Assembly: GCA_002633005.1 (NCBI GenBank)
Contig: NMRA01000081.1
Location: 946,353 to 1,010,352 of the forward strand
DNA: 64,000 nucleotides
DNA from: Phoronis australis
Taxonomy: Eukaryota; Animalia; Phoronida
Direction of reading: 5' to 3'
Shown: positions 13,509 through 26,574 of the stretch, piece after piece
Layout of the letters: the number at the start of each line of letters is the position of its first letter
How positions within the stretch are numbered: position 1 is the stretch's first letter
Made by a program: the position numbers and the translations under genes
Notes under the pieces: generated by a model
The model's database searches: none
The model's input: the letters and a program-made list of their open reading frames with translations, nothing else
Told to the model about the DNA's origin: nothing

Positions 13509-16065
13509 CCCGTTAGTACATCCGGGTAACAGGTCCCTAATAATAACCTGACGACACCGTTCATTACAATCAAAACAATAACAGCCGAATCAATTTCAGA
13601 TTCCGTGCGCGTCAGTGGTAAACATAAAAGGGAAATCGGGGCATGATGACACAAGACAAACATGACATTTTAGATTTTTATGATTTTTCGTATGAATGAA
13701 ATTTTTACTTTCACTTTGCAGTGTAAAATGTTTTCGCCCCAAAACAATCGCCTTTCGTTAATGCAATTTAACTATGTAAGTCTATACTCACTTGTTAGTA
13801 TGAAGAATATAAAGATAGCCTCAATAACGAAGAATTTAGAATTTCACTGTTAAACAGGAAGACTAACTGATTTTTATTTTGAAGACAGTACATTTCCCGA
13901 GGTGGCATGTCGTAAACACTTTTAGTTAATCTTATCCCATGGCAGTCGCATCTTTTTTTGAAAAAACCAGTAGAAAGGCGGTAGAACAGAACCAATTTCT
14001 CAAATTCCCTGCTTTCTCCAATCATCCTTTCACAGCTTGATTTAATTTCCATTAGGCACGGTTTGCCGAGTCGCTATTCGAATAATTGATATATACCAGG
14101 CCTTAATTTCCTATCTAGATGACTGCGACATCAAATGGGAAAGCACTCTATTGAATACTGTGTAGACAACATCCCTAAAACCTATAGTTTAGCGTATGAA
14201 TTAAATATCAAACATTTCGCTCAACTAAAACGAAAATAAAAATGGCATCGCTGTAGATAAACACAGCTTTGTTTTTGAACTGGTTTTGTATAAATCAACT
14301 GCATTAACCGCGTTTTGCCGAAAGCGCCTTAGGGCCCTAACTTTGGATGGAAGTCGACTGGAAAACAAAACAGAAGCAGAGTACTTGACGATGTGGAATT
14401 ATGGTTAGAGATCAACTTTCAGTTTACTAAAATTGTCACAGAATCCACAAATTATGGTGAGCAAACAACGCTAAATATAACTATAGGTAAAAGCCACCGT
14501 GGGAATTATATTTACATGTTGACAGGAAATGTTTTATGTCCAAAAACTGTAAATAAAACTTACACGCGGCAAAAACACATATCCAGATTTACATTTTCAA
14601 ACTTAAAGTGTGAATTGGTTATTATATTTTTAACAAGAACAGACTTGTATTCGGCTGGAAATTTTAAATATCTTTTTTTAAACTTTGTCAAAATTTGCGA
14701 AGACTTTAGATTGGTAAGTCACACTCATTGACGGCATTCATTTTTTACTATTTTGTTAGCAAGGTTCTACCTAACCGCGTGCCTTGTACAGTCATCCCAC
14801 ACGTGGTTTTCGTGCAATACGGGAGCGCCCCGTTCACAGGGAAGATTCCTGGATTATTCTAGAGGCACCGGACAGGTGAAATACATTAAGAAAACGTGTG
14901 AGAAATGACTTTTAACGCCAACAATATGGGGCAACAAAACATTGAACTTAAATTTCGACTTCTGAACTAATTTGCACATAGAAATATAAAAACCCAATAA
15001 CGTTTAAATCATGATTGCGTTTCAAAAACAACATTTTTTTAGAATTAGAAATGAAAACTTCCAAAGCGCTGAATATCGTTCTTTTAGCTTTGAAGACTGT
15101 GCAAAGTACCCCCTAGTAAAATTAATAAAATAGATTAAAACTCACAATCCCTCGAGAACATATTTCTAACCATGAACCATGTTATCGAGGCTACCGTTCT
15201 TAATTTTTCTTTTAACGGCACTGCCTAGAACGTTTACTAAATTCAACCCAGCGTGAAAAGTATAGTGTACTCTTAAGCTTGATCCAAGATTCGCATTTCA
15301 ACATTTTTGCACTCTGACACTGTCGCTGAAAATACTGTGCGTGAATGTAGTCCGCGGGCATTTTTTTTGCTTTGTTGCGAAGTTATAACAACACAACATG
15401 AACTGACACAGGTCAACATTCATGAATATTTTGAAAACAACCTTGCACTCATTGACACGGAGTTTTTGGGCATCTGTCCAAGCCACACAAACACTTATCA
15501 TAGTAAACATTTTCATTTTTAGTCAATCAGATCAAATTTTGACACTTGGGTTATTAGCGGATAAGGAAGTCTCTTTTCCGATTGGTTTGATAAGAAATGA
15601 CATCAATGATCAAAAGCTCTTGTCTCGTGGATCGCAGTCAACATTGCCTAACGAATGACCCTGGTTAATAGCCCGGGCTGATAGAAACCTTGCATGCCAC
15701 GTGCTAATCTGTGTCAGCAGGTCTGACACATGCGGACAATTTAGTTGTGCGCTTGTCTGCTTGAGATCTCAGGTCACATTTTATTTCGAGGGAAGGAGGG
15801 TTATTGTGTGAAGCCGTACCTCAAGAGTATCGCTTGATGAACAATAACAATAAAATGAAAATAAAGCTCTGAAATTAGGTTTGATTTGATAACTACAACT
15901 CTCGATCAAAACTCAGTCGAGCAGGCAACCGAAATTTTTCAGTACGAACTCTCGCGGCTAGTCTCGGGGTCGCAAGCTCTAACAGAATACATGGTCACGT
16001 GCGGGGGTTGGCATTCCAGGGCTAGAGTTCTATGACGTTACAAAACATAATTTTAGCGCTATGTA

Positions 16066-16364
16066 CAGAGGCGGATCTAGGATACCATAAGAGGGGGGCA
16101 ACCTGCTGCCTCGGAGAATAGGGCAAAGCGCGGTCATCTGGCGCCCCTAAAGTATGTACCTTCTGTTCGGAAGGTCTGTCGACTAAAAAAACAAAAAAAC
16201 GGGAACGCCACCTGGGCTCTGAGCCCGCCCCCCCTTCTACACTACCAGTCATTTTTCGTCACGCTTCTTGCTGTTGCTGGTTCATTTTGCTTGCGGCAGC
16301 CAAGGGGGGGGGGGAGGGGGACGGGCCCTCCTGGCCTCCCCCCTCCCCCCTAAATCCGCCTATG
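16066..16364. mobile_element. GC-rich MITE, CA..TG ends, 5-bp TSD ATGTA
   Basis: ATGTA|CAGAGGCGGATCTAG ... CTAAATCCGCCTATG|ATGTA. Confidence 0.8.
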
Positions 16365-17217
16365 ATGTATACGGCCCGACTCTTTCCTGTAGTTACTGAC
16401 AGGTCAATATCAATGTGGGCTGACTCTTCCCTGGAGTTGCCGACAGGTAAATTTGACAGAAAGTTGAAGTCTTCATTTCCGACAGCTATAAAAGATCTTG
16501 GCAGAAAATCTCACTCAATTTTGTTGACCGCTATAGCAAATGACGGCCAGAATTCAATAGTTTGTACAAAAAATCACGTCTCAGAATTTGTTGCAATATC
16601 TGTGATAACTTATGATTCTTTTGGAAATCGCAGTCTCCTGATTACAAACGTTCAGATTGGATTATTTTGTATCAGAATTGAGAAGCTGATGATTAATACA
16701 AAAATTATTTCAAGACACAAAACTCTTGGTAAGGAATGATAGAGTCAAGTATAACAAATAAAGAGGTTGAATGAAAAAAAATCGACAGTATAAAAACAGG
16801 GCACGGTTTACCACAGAAAAAGACGAGTGGAAGAGAAGGCAGAGGAGGTGACATTTTGTTGAGAACGGAATCAGAAACGTAACTGGAAACTATTAATAAC
16901 CAGGGAGAGCGAGGCAGGGTTTGTGGGACAAATTTCTCAAACTCGGTTCACTGAATTCAAATTTGTTCCTTTAGCTTTCCAAAGAAGAGAGTGCAAGACA
17001 AAATCGATTTTCAGAACACGTTTATTTTTACACGAATATTACAAAGGGCAATGTTCGCTAAAAAGTCCATGCTGTTCCTAACAATTATCACCCTTAACAC
17101 TTTCACACTTTAGTCAGTTCCTATAAAAAATCTGCTTCCGTGCTAAGTATGGTACTGACGTGTTTCAGCTAATGATCTACCTCGCGAACGTTACCACCTT
17201 TCTTCAGGCTCAATATA

Positions 17218-17497
17218 CATGCGCGCACCCAGCCTGAAATGTAGGGGGCTCGAATTTTTGAGAATGTTGACCTTTTACTGAAAAACAAAAACAGGGACAA
17301 AAAACGGGGACTACAAAATAAGAAAGGGGTACTACGTTCAGAGTTATGAATTGTACATTCGCGCCGAATTCCTGCCGTTTTAGTGGACTTTTGTTTCGTT
17401 TTCTCGAACTTTTTGTTTCTCTGAAGCGGACCCTTTTGCCTACTTCACCAAATGGGGGGATCGTTCGACCCACCGAGCCCCCCTGGGTGCGCCCAAG
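17218..17497. mobile_element. GC-rich MITE, 5-bp TSD ATATA
   Basis: ATATA|CATGCGCGCACCCAG ... CTGGGTGCGCCCAAG|ATATA; internal similarity to 25372-25633 and 26575-26826. Confidence 0.8.
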
Positions 17498-18458
17498 ATA
17501 TAGGCAATATAATGTCGTATTCTAAGTTGTTCTTTTTCTGGGCGTAGATCAATTTATTGCCACGTAACTCCCATTGACAGGCAATACCGCGTTCAGCTAT
17601 AATTTTACTCGCTGAAGCTGGTGCTTGGAATTGTTTTTTTTTTGTGCCTAGGTACATCCGGGGCTCTAACGAACATTCTGGGCAAAATTGCGTGCTATGT
17701 TGGTCACGGGTATAACAAACTTCTATGTAATGCGGGATTAAGAACAAAGTGACCAATTCTGTAATATTGAAATAGCGGCGTGTCTTTTGAGTATTTTATG
17801 CATTTTATCGCGGTAAGTCTTTTGATAATATAACCGTAGGTGGACGTCATTAGGCATGTTTTATTACAAGTTGTTTCTAATCTATTTGTTCCTGATAATT
17901 TTTTAAATTGAATTCTTCTTTGCTATTGTGGTAATATGTTATATGAAAATAAATTACTACGAAAAATTTGCACAGTATAGAAACATTATCAGGCTACCCG
18001 AACAACACAGCTCACGCACATACGGCTCCGCCGGAGGGGGGGGGGTGGGGGGGAACGGTAAGTCGTATTTTGCAAGTGTAAGCCTACAGTCGTATTTGAG
18101 TCAGTGAGTTGAGCTTATAGGTCCGCGAGCCGTGTTCATGAGTGCGTGAGCCGTTTCGTTTGGGTAGTCTGATTGTCGCGGATGACACATGAATCGGGAG
18201 TTTCTAGACAACACTGATTCTCGTGAGATCTCGCAGCGTTGTATACGATGGAAGGTGGAACCGTTCTGGGCAAAACTAGCATAGCAAGATTTGGAGGAAA
18301 CCAAACATCTTCACAACTGTCACCTCACGTTCCAGAACCGTGCATTAATTCACTTAGCGACATCTGAAGGAACACGGTGGACCTATACTCCTTTATTTGT
18401 TTCTAATGTTCGTGGGGTCTCCCTTGTCTGCCATTTTGCTATATGGCTTGAACACCGG

Positions 18459-18859
18459 CCGGGATTTCCCGTAGATAAGCCAATAGGCGTGTATTCGGAA
18501 AATGAAAAATTTCAAACGTTTTATTACCAAATAAACGCCTCGGCGTTTATTCGGAAAAGGGGGAGTCGACGTGTAAACGGAAAGTCATAATCTCCTGACT
18601 GTGACATTTTTACTTAAGAATGTGTTTTTAAATTTTATGTTAATAAATGCGTAGTTCGCCAGCACTTTGTTCGTTTTTGTAAATGATAAATGCTCCACAA
18701 AATTGAATTTATGACTAAAAGTTGACGCTTAGAGGGCTCTTAAGAGGAAATTTTCCGAATAAATGCCCCACTATCTGGACACTTGACACCAGAAGTTGTA
18801 ACACCAAATAAACGCCCAGGGGCGTTTCATCGGGTGGGCTTATCTACGGAAAACCCCGG
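18459..18859. mobile_element. MITE with ~23-bp TIRs (Tc1/mariner-pogo-like CCG...CGG-TA end)
   Basis: CCGGGATTTCCCGTAGATAAGCC ... GGCTTATCTACGGAAAACCCCGG|TA; repeated internal AAATAAACGCC motif. Confidence 0.6.
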
Positions 18860-20015
18860 TAACAAATGTGAGCGCTGACCAATGTACGTGAGCGTTTTCG
18901 ACGATTACATATCACAAATTGAAAATTTTTGCCGATGCGTCACTGGCTAGTCGTATGGTTACAAGGGGTGCTGCGACGGAATGGCAAAATCTGTCACTCG
19001 AGCTTGCGTATTCCAACTAAAATCCGGAAATTGCGTCAGCCGAGCATGCGCCTCAATGAGTATGGGTGGCCAACAAGAACTTTCTGAGGATAGTCACGGG
19101 ATATGGGTCACGTGACAATTGGTGCCTTTTTCGAGGAAAGAATTCGACCACTATTAAATTACGATCCAGTGGTTACATTTTAAAGGTACTATGGATGCGA
19201 AATCTGACCAAGCTATAACGTGAAAGTCTTTCAAAACTGCAATTAGGCCCACAGCATTAATCTACGTCAGAGCTGGGGAAGTTTTTGAGAATTCTAGTTA
19301 TAGCCTATAACTTCAAAACTGTGTAATAAATGTCGTGGCAGAGGTAACGACCGGACACGAGATAGTAAGTCGGCGCCCGTCGCAAACTAATGCATGACAG
19401 AATGATGGTAATTTAAATAGTCTAAGTGTCGGCTGAATAGGAATACAGATAATTGTATACCGTGGTAATGGATTGGGCGGTGCCACAGTAGTGGGAGTTT
19501 CCTGTTTCTTCGCACTCTTAAAAGTATCTAAATTAATGTGTCCAAGCTTTTATGGAGACATCTTAATTTTTGTTCAAGTGAAGCAATCTATAATTATGAG
19601 TGGTTAAGCTTCAATGTTACCAACCTATTTCGAAAAGGAGTCTCACTTCTATGTACGCCCATTGGGCTAGTGCCTTTTTGACGACATGGACATTGAGGGT
19701 GAACCGAAACTTGGTGAGAGACATAGTATAAGATTCTCCCAGTCGTATATGGAATGGTTTCACCAAAATCACTCCCAAAGCCTCTCCACCTTACCTTTTC
19801 AAGTTCATATCACGACCAACGCAAGCATGTGCTATATGACGAATCTTGACAGGGATTTTTTCTCTTCTTTAAATTGCTCTACACATCCTCAAGGAAACGT
19901 GGTACATCCCACCATAGAACTCTACAGGTCTATGACCCCACGTACACTGATCGGTGACTGAAATAGTCTCTTAAAACAATTAGAACGTGGACACCTGCAC
20001 ACACTTATCAGTATC

Positions 20016-20140
20016 CATGAGCGCACCCTTTGGGGGCTCGGGGGGGGGGCGAAGTGGGCAAAAAGGTCCGCCTCAGAGAAACAAAAGTCCGAGAAAAACG
20101 AGACAAAAGNCCCCCATATTAAAGGCTGGGAGCGCGCATG
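20016..20140. mobile_element. Short copy of the CATGCGCGCACCC MITE family
   Basis: GTATC|CATGAGCGCACCC ... GGGAGCGCGCATG|GTATA; shares the core GGCGAAGTGGGCAAAAAGGTCCGCCTCAGAGAAA with 26575-26826. Confidence 0.7.
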
Positions 20141-21010
20141 GTATAGTTCGGTAGTAGCCCTTCGCTACACAAACTTCGTTTAAGACACGACTAGACTTTT
20201 TGTTAGCGAGCTTGATACAAGTACGTTCGTAATTTCGGAACAATCTCCTTTCTTCTGGTACATGTATGCAGGTGTGAAGTAAAAGACGGAGAGACGTAAC
20301 AAACAAACAAATAAAAACAGTAGCTATATTTCGTGACTTCATGTCACATCATCAGGCAATGAGTGGAATGAACATACAGAGAGCGAAATAAACAGTGAAA
20401 TACACGTGACAGCGGAAAGAGGGGCCTACAAGCAGAGTGTGAATGCAACACACGGTAGGAACCCCGCAACACTATCGAAACAAAGCCAGCGTGCGATACC
20501 CCCCACTGAGCTGTTCATTCAACACACGCTTTTCGTGACTGATCAACACTTATGAGTGATTGTTTTCCCATCACTCAGAAAAGGTGGAGAAAATATATAT
20601 TTTGTGACTGAAATTGATTTCATTTCAAAGTAGCTAGCTAGGCTTGCCAATAAAGATGTTTTGACGAAATTACCCCTATTGTCATAAGATGGCAATATAA
20701 GGACCAATGACTTTGTCTACTCAGAACGTGACGATGAATATTTAGCTACCTTTATGTAAACACTAGCTGAAACTGTTGGCGGCATTCAATGATGAGAAAA
20801 CACATGAAATTCCTTCTTAGAGGGACACTAAACTTTGTTTTGGTAATTTCAACCAATCCTCGTTCTGTCATCCCTCACTAATGCACAATTGGCGTCTCAC
20901 TTGAGTGATAAAAGCAGGATTCGACTAAAACACACACTTTCTGTGCAATACATTTGAAATTGTAGTAAGTTGGTAGATGGTCTTTCCCTAGTTATCAGGT
21001 AGCCTCCTAA

Positions 21011-21191
21011 AGCGCAGGTCACGCTTTCATGTTTAGCAAACTTTGTTCCCACATGTTACTTCAAACTTTTTAGGGTTGTCGAGGCTTACAAAGTATTTTC
21101 GTTTAGATAACTGGATGGAAAATTCTTTTAATATATGTTAATAGGCCAAAACCGTGTTTGGCGGCTGTAAAATGACAAGAGACCCGCGCCT
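21011..21191. mobile_element. Small Kolobok-like MITE directly abutting the larger element at a shared TTAA
   Basis: CTAA|AGCGCAGGTC ... GACCCGCGCCT|TTAA, imperfect TIRs. Confidence 0.45.
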
Positions 21192-21460
21192 TTAAAGGCG
21201 AAGGCAACCTTTTTTCATGTCATTTTGAGCTAAAATAAGGTTGGTTGGTTATCCTAGACATATTTTCCAATTAATTACAGCTTTTCGTAATTTTGTTAAT
21301 TACTCGTCCGCTACTCCGGAAGTGACGTTTTAGGAGGCAAGCATTTCGCGCCAATTTCTTTTCATATAGTCTGACTGTGAGAACTGCCGACTCAGTCATT
21401 GTTCTACCTCGGTTGTATTTAGGTCCGTCGTCGTTTGCTTTCATTTACTAGTCAGTCAAC

Positions 21461-22545
21461 ATGCCACACTGTTGCTGCGTACCGGGATGTACTATTTATC
21501 GTCTCACGCGCGCTTTGGGAGTACCTTTCCATCGCTTTCCGATGGATGACACACTTCGCCGTACTTGTTTCGCTCGTGTGAAGAACGCAGCGTTACCCGT
21601 CCATTCAACGTACAAAGCAGTCGAGAATTACCGTGTGTGTGGCAAACACTTTCTGACGTTCAATTACGAAAGGGATTTGTACGCTGAACTGATGAAGGTC
21701 CCTGCGAAACAACGCCTGAAGAAGGATGCCATTCCGCCTGTGTTGATTCCCGACAGTGCCCCGTCGCCACCCCCGAGAAGTGCGTTTTTGAAGCGAGAAG
21801 CCTCGCGAGCTGTGGCCAGTACAGTGACTGGAGCCAGTGGAGGCACTTCATCTACTGTCACCCGTGCCTCTGAACGTACCCCCAGAGCGTGCCATTCCTG
21901 GAACCAGTAGTGATTCGCCCTGTGCTATTTTCTCCAGCCCAGAGCCTCTAAGCAGCCCTGCAGCGATATTGAGTAGTGGGAGTGATTACAGGCCCAGTTC
22001 GACACCCAGTGAAGAGGACAGTTCGTCGTCCAGTGAACAGATCGGTGAGCCAAACTTTGATAAGTTTATTGTGGACTTGTCTAAAGTGTTGGAGCTATTT
22101 AGAAGGTGCCAGGTGTGTGGCGAGGGAGTCACACGACACAATGTAAGCAGTTTGGGTGCTCAGGTCACCATCCAGTGGGAGTGTGTCACGGGACACTCTG
22201 GCAAGTGGGACAGTTGTTCCTCTGTCCGTGGTATGCCGGAGGTCCACTTAACCATGTCCAGTGGTGTGCTCTTCACTGGAAACACGTTTCAGTCGGTGAA
22301 GACAATGATGGACTTTGGAAAAGTCAAGTTTTTTTTCGAAAACAACATTCAACAACATTCAGAATTCCTATTTAATACCAGTTGTCAATGACGCATACAT
22401 GTCACAACATCTCGAGTTGGTGGCGGAATTCATGGAGAAGGAGAACTTGTCTGACTCACCAGGGCGGTCCGCCAAGTATACCACATACACTCTAATGGAG
22501 GAAGAGACCAAAAAGATAATTGATGTGGAACTCGGAACAGCACAA
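21461..22545 (+). pseudogene. THAP-domain Kolobok-like transposase, frame-disrupted and 3'-truncated
   Basis: MPHCCCVPGC...FHRFP...RVCGKHF...LKKDAIP is a THAP zinc finger. Later frames give CQVC...WECVTGH..KWDS and DSPGRSAKYTTYTLME, which I recall from Kolobok-type transposases. Split over three frames (some breaks could be introns) and cut at ~22545. Confidence 0.75.
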
Positions 22546-22803
22546 GCATTCAATTGAGGTAGGCATAACAACGCACACAGTGCATTTGCACCAAGATGTG
22601 TCACCACGTCTGTCTTCAGTAGCCGCCTCGTTTCTCTCAACAGCTGCCTGTGCCTGTGTGTACTCTGCCTCGTTGTACTCGGGCTCAAACATGTACCCAC
22701 CCACTGAATGTCCGTGAAAAAATTCCTCGTCACCACTGCTGTGAACAAGGTCTCCGTCACTCACACTACTGTCACTGTGATACGGGTCACCGACTCCAGC
22801 CAT
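22531..22803 (-). pseudogene. 5' remnant of a P2X7-ballast/nanor-like Cys-rich accessory protein of the transposon
   Basis: MAGVGD...GGYMFEPEY...RRGDTSWCKCTVCVVMPTSIECLCCSE matches the Y-x-FEP...WCxCxxCxxM...ECxCCxE pattern of the P2X7 C-terminal Cys-rich domain. Truncated where it meets the transposase remnant. Confidence 0.7.
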
Positions 22804-23277
22804 TTTCAGCTTACAACACACTAAACAATCCCTAAATCCAACGCAGTTGAGTTCTCTACTAACCTATCTTGCCGCAGAATACTCGCCGATGGAAAGTGGT
22901 GGCGACAATTGGTGAAAAATAGCACAAAACAAAAGTAGAATAGAACAGATTCGCACAGTAAGCTCAACGCAAAACCAAGTGGCGGGAAGCGCTTGCCTCC
23001 TAAAACGTCACTTCCGGAGTAGCGGACGAGTAATTAATAAAATTACGAAAAGCTGTAATTAAGTGGAAAATATGTCTAGGATAACCAACCAACCTTATTT
23101 TAGCTCAAAATGACATGAAAAAAGGTTGCCTTCGCCTTTAACAACAACAAAAAAGCTTTGCTGATTTGCTACCTGCCGGATGTTGGTCACTTGCTGAAAC
23201 AAATTTGGTGTCATCTTGTTCCTCACCCACAATAAAATAATTTCCAAGCTTGAAAAGAGTGCTCATCTGTTTGTTAT

Positions 23278-23568
23278 CAAGGGCGGATCCAGGATTTTGA
23301 GTTAAGGGGGTCAGGACACAAAATTTCTGCAGACGCGCGCGCCCCGTCTAAACTGTAGGAATGCAGGGGTCTCGAATTTTTGGATCTGCGGACCGTTTGA
23401 TTAAAGAAAAAAAAACGGTAAACGGGGTTTGTTCAGGGCCTATGCATTGTTTATTCACCCCCCGAGCCCCCCTGGATGCGCGTATATGCTATAGTCAGCA
23501 ATTCGCACCCGAACTGGCAAATGGTATCTGGTAGAATTTTAGCCCCCCCCCCTCTAAATCCACCGCTG
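23278..23568. mobile_element. GC-rich MITE, 5-bp TSD GTTAT
   Basis: GTTAT|CAAGGGCGGATCCAG ... CTAAATCCACCGCTG|GTTAT. Confidence 0.75.
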
Positions 23569-25371
23569 GTTATTGCTAACGCTTCCATACGAAACTCGTT
23601 GTCACTATAGATTGTTAGTTTCACTGGTTAAGTCAGCATGTCCGTCGCTGTTTCATTTTAACCGTTTTTCAATTCAAACCGAGAATGAGAGCGTGATGCT
23701 GTTCGTTTGGAACGGTAATACACCAGTGAAGAAAGTGGTAGTTTTAACACCAGAACGTGCCCACGTGCCACTACACGTATTTCAACCTTCTTTCTCACCT
23801 TTGTAGTAGTGGTATCAAGGAGTGTACGAAGAATAGTTCACTCCGCCATTTTGCCATTCGCAATGATTATCGGGCGAAAAACTAGCGCCGCAAGCGGCGA
23901 ATAAGCAACACTAATTTAGCTGCGCAGTCCGAACCATGTAAACACTGATAAATTTATAATTTAATGACGTTTGACGTGCAATAAAATTACTGTATGATTG
24001 AAAATGGGTAAAATACGTAAACTAACATCCACTTATAAACGAGTAAGAATGTAAATGTGTGTTTTAATCAATATTAAAGTGTATTTGCTTTCATTCTCTT
24101 GAAGCCCCTTTAAAAGCCACCATGGTTTTGTTTCATGTTCGAGTTCTTAATAAGGCAAATTACCGTTCCTCATAACATTTCATACCTCCATGAACTACAT
24201 AATTTTAGTGATGGCTCCTGGGGGTTCAGGGGGATTTGTCCCTATGTGCCTGAAAAGAGGTACAAGGGAGTAGTGCAAACCAGGTGGGCGCCAAATGGGT
24301 GTTGACCCCCTCCCGGGGGGTACATGGGAGGAGTGCTAAACAGGTAAATACCAATGGGGTATGCCACATGAGTTTTGAGTCCCTCCCATCGTCACAAATT
24401 TTAGTTGTTCCCCGGCCTGACCATGTGCTGAGGTGGTGATACGATTTGGTCCTCGTTTTGTGCATGACACCAAGGACTTTTGTTTGTAATGACTGGTGAT
24501 CATCCTAGGGAAAAAGGAGGGTAGGGAGACTGAGGGGCACTGGAGGGACCGAGGAACAGCGGGCCGACTCCGTTTCCGCATAAGTGTTGAAAACTTTCGT
24601 TACCGGGTTACACCAATGCCGGAGTTCCTCAAGGTAGCACGCTCGGTCCTCCTCTTTTCATCCTCCTCAGTTCCAAACGAACTTCCCGACCCACTCGACG
24701 CAAAAACATACCTCTGCGGTGACAACGCATCTATATTCTATCCATTCTTCAGACAATTCAAATCGAAATGCAAGTCTTCAACACGATGTAGACAAACTTC
24801 AGAAATGCGGGGAAACAAGGTCAAGATTAAGACAAGAAAAGTGTCGACGCCATCAAGCATGACTACAGTACCAGGCAGTACGTAAAAGTTGTCAATCTTT
24901 GGAAACCATAGTCCTATATACCCCGTCAGTGAAACAACTCCACAAACATTTCGGCATCTGTCTAGACAATAATCTAACTCCTCCCCCCCCCCCGGACCCC
25001 TCCCTCACTGATCTGAACTGTTCCAGAAAATTCATAAAATGCTCAATCCAATCAATTAAATTCAAAAGACCATTAACTGGGCACCACCTGGACGCCATCT
25101 AAAAATCCTTTGTTTTACCTCATTGTCTATTACGATGTCGCTTACGACACCGCCAACACCGGACCATATTTGCTCTTGAACGTTTTCAATACCAAAAGTT
25201 GTCTTAAGAGGGACCGTTAGGGGATACAGCAAAGTTAAGATACTTGACTCACTAAACTGGGCAAAATCTATCGTCGAAAACAACACATTGTTGTATACAT
25301 ATCCAAGATAATCCATAGAATCAATCGTCTCTCTAGCATGTAAATTTTGAATTGCTACATAAAACCCAACA

Positions 25372-25633
25372 CATGCGCGCACCCAGTCTAAAAATGGTCT
25401 CTAAATTTTGAGAATGTGAACCTTTTATTAAAAAACGTGGTACGTTTAGAGCTATGAGTTGTGCATTCGCCGAATTTTGGTAGTGTCCTGCCTTTTTAGT
25501 GGACTTTTGTCTCGTTTTCTACTCTTCGGACTTTTTGTTTCTCTGAGGCGGACCTTTTTGCCCACTTCACCAATTTGGGGCTCGAACGAGCACTTCGAGC
25601 TCCCCGAGCCCCCCTCCCCTGGGTGCGCGCATG
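25372..25633. mobile_element. GC-rich MITE (CATGCGCGCACCCAG TIR)
   Basis: CAACA|CATGCGCGCACCCAG ... CTGGGTGCGCGCATG|CAGCA; perfect 15-bp TIR, TSD with one mismatch. Confidence 0.8.
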
Positions 25634-25699
25634 CAGCACCGACACGCTCGCATCTCAGAAATACTACGGACTACATTACTATTACCAAGAAGTTGGTAA

Positions 25700-26170
25700 A
25701 GGCTTCCTGCTATTACCAAGCCTCTTTCAAGAAATCCATAGTTGCTGCTGCAATCCCATACTGAAACACACTCTCACACAACTCGAACACTACCGAACAT
25801 ATATCCATCATAATAAGCCAACTCGACACTCATTTCGTTAATTTTTTCGCAACAACTCCGCCAGTTCTTGTCCCATAAAATTCCCTCAGTCGTCGAAGTG
25901 AGATTATATTAAATCGTCTCAGTCAGTTCTGAATCTTGGTAGCACTCACAAATTCCAACGCAATTTCCAGAGTATGTCTATGCAATGTGCACTAACGAAC
26001 TGTACCACTGTTTATTGCTTTTTGATTGCCTCCTAGTGAAAAGGCAGAACTGAATAATCATCGCAATACCTCCCAATCGTCACTGTGCCACTTACCAAAG
26101 AGCAAACTTAAATTCTCATTCCTCCTCTCATTCCTTCAATAGTATATTTTCTGAGAGTAGAAATTCTGTA
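25700..26170 (+). mobile_element. Highly decayed 3' end of an I-group-like LINE
   Basis: LSRRSEIILNRL followed by a broken C..C...TVP...FDC pattern resembling the post-RNase-H tail of LINE ORF2. Confidence 0.35.
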
Positions 26171-26574
26171 AACTTTGGTTTTTTACTTTATACCAATCTA
26201 CCATTAATTATGTCGCTGGATCACACTTTTTAGAATAATTTACTAACAAGGAAAGGCACATTCATAGACCAAAGTAACAGGATCAATTAAGCAAAGTTCC
26301 AAAGATACAAATTTCAAGATGAAATTTCGCTGTTACAGTTTTATAAAATCACTTTGTTTTCGTTTTATGCAACTTAAAGTGTTTTTTTTTTCTATAAAAA
26401 TCACGTAAGTCCTATTTTGATGGCCCCGTAAAAGTGGGACATTTTAAAACAACACTTTTTTTGAGAATCGTGCATGAAGCACGTACCTCAAATTATGTGA
26501 ATCCGTCAAACCATTTCTGAGATATGATGTTCAGAAGTTGGCTAAAATTAAACATTTTTAGGGTCCCACATAAC

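Larger units (their letters stand above)
21196..23137 (+). mobile_element. Internally deleted Kolobok-type DNA transposon with 147-bp TIRs and TTAA TSD
   Basis: TTAA|AGGCGAAGGCAACC... (21196-21342) and its inverted copy (22991-23137)|TTAA, about 2 mismatches by eye. Encloses convergent THAP/transposase and Cys-rich gene remnants. Confidence 0.9.

Noticed and set aside
19540-19980. Possible decayed retroelement integrase fragment
   Set aside because: Only a vague C-P-C-x-Q-K resemblance; insufficient evidence.
24230-25340. Coding-like stretch with several 70-130 aa ORFs
   Set aside because: No recognisable domain and stops in the frames I read; possibly a decayed mobile or viral element, but unsupported.
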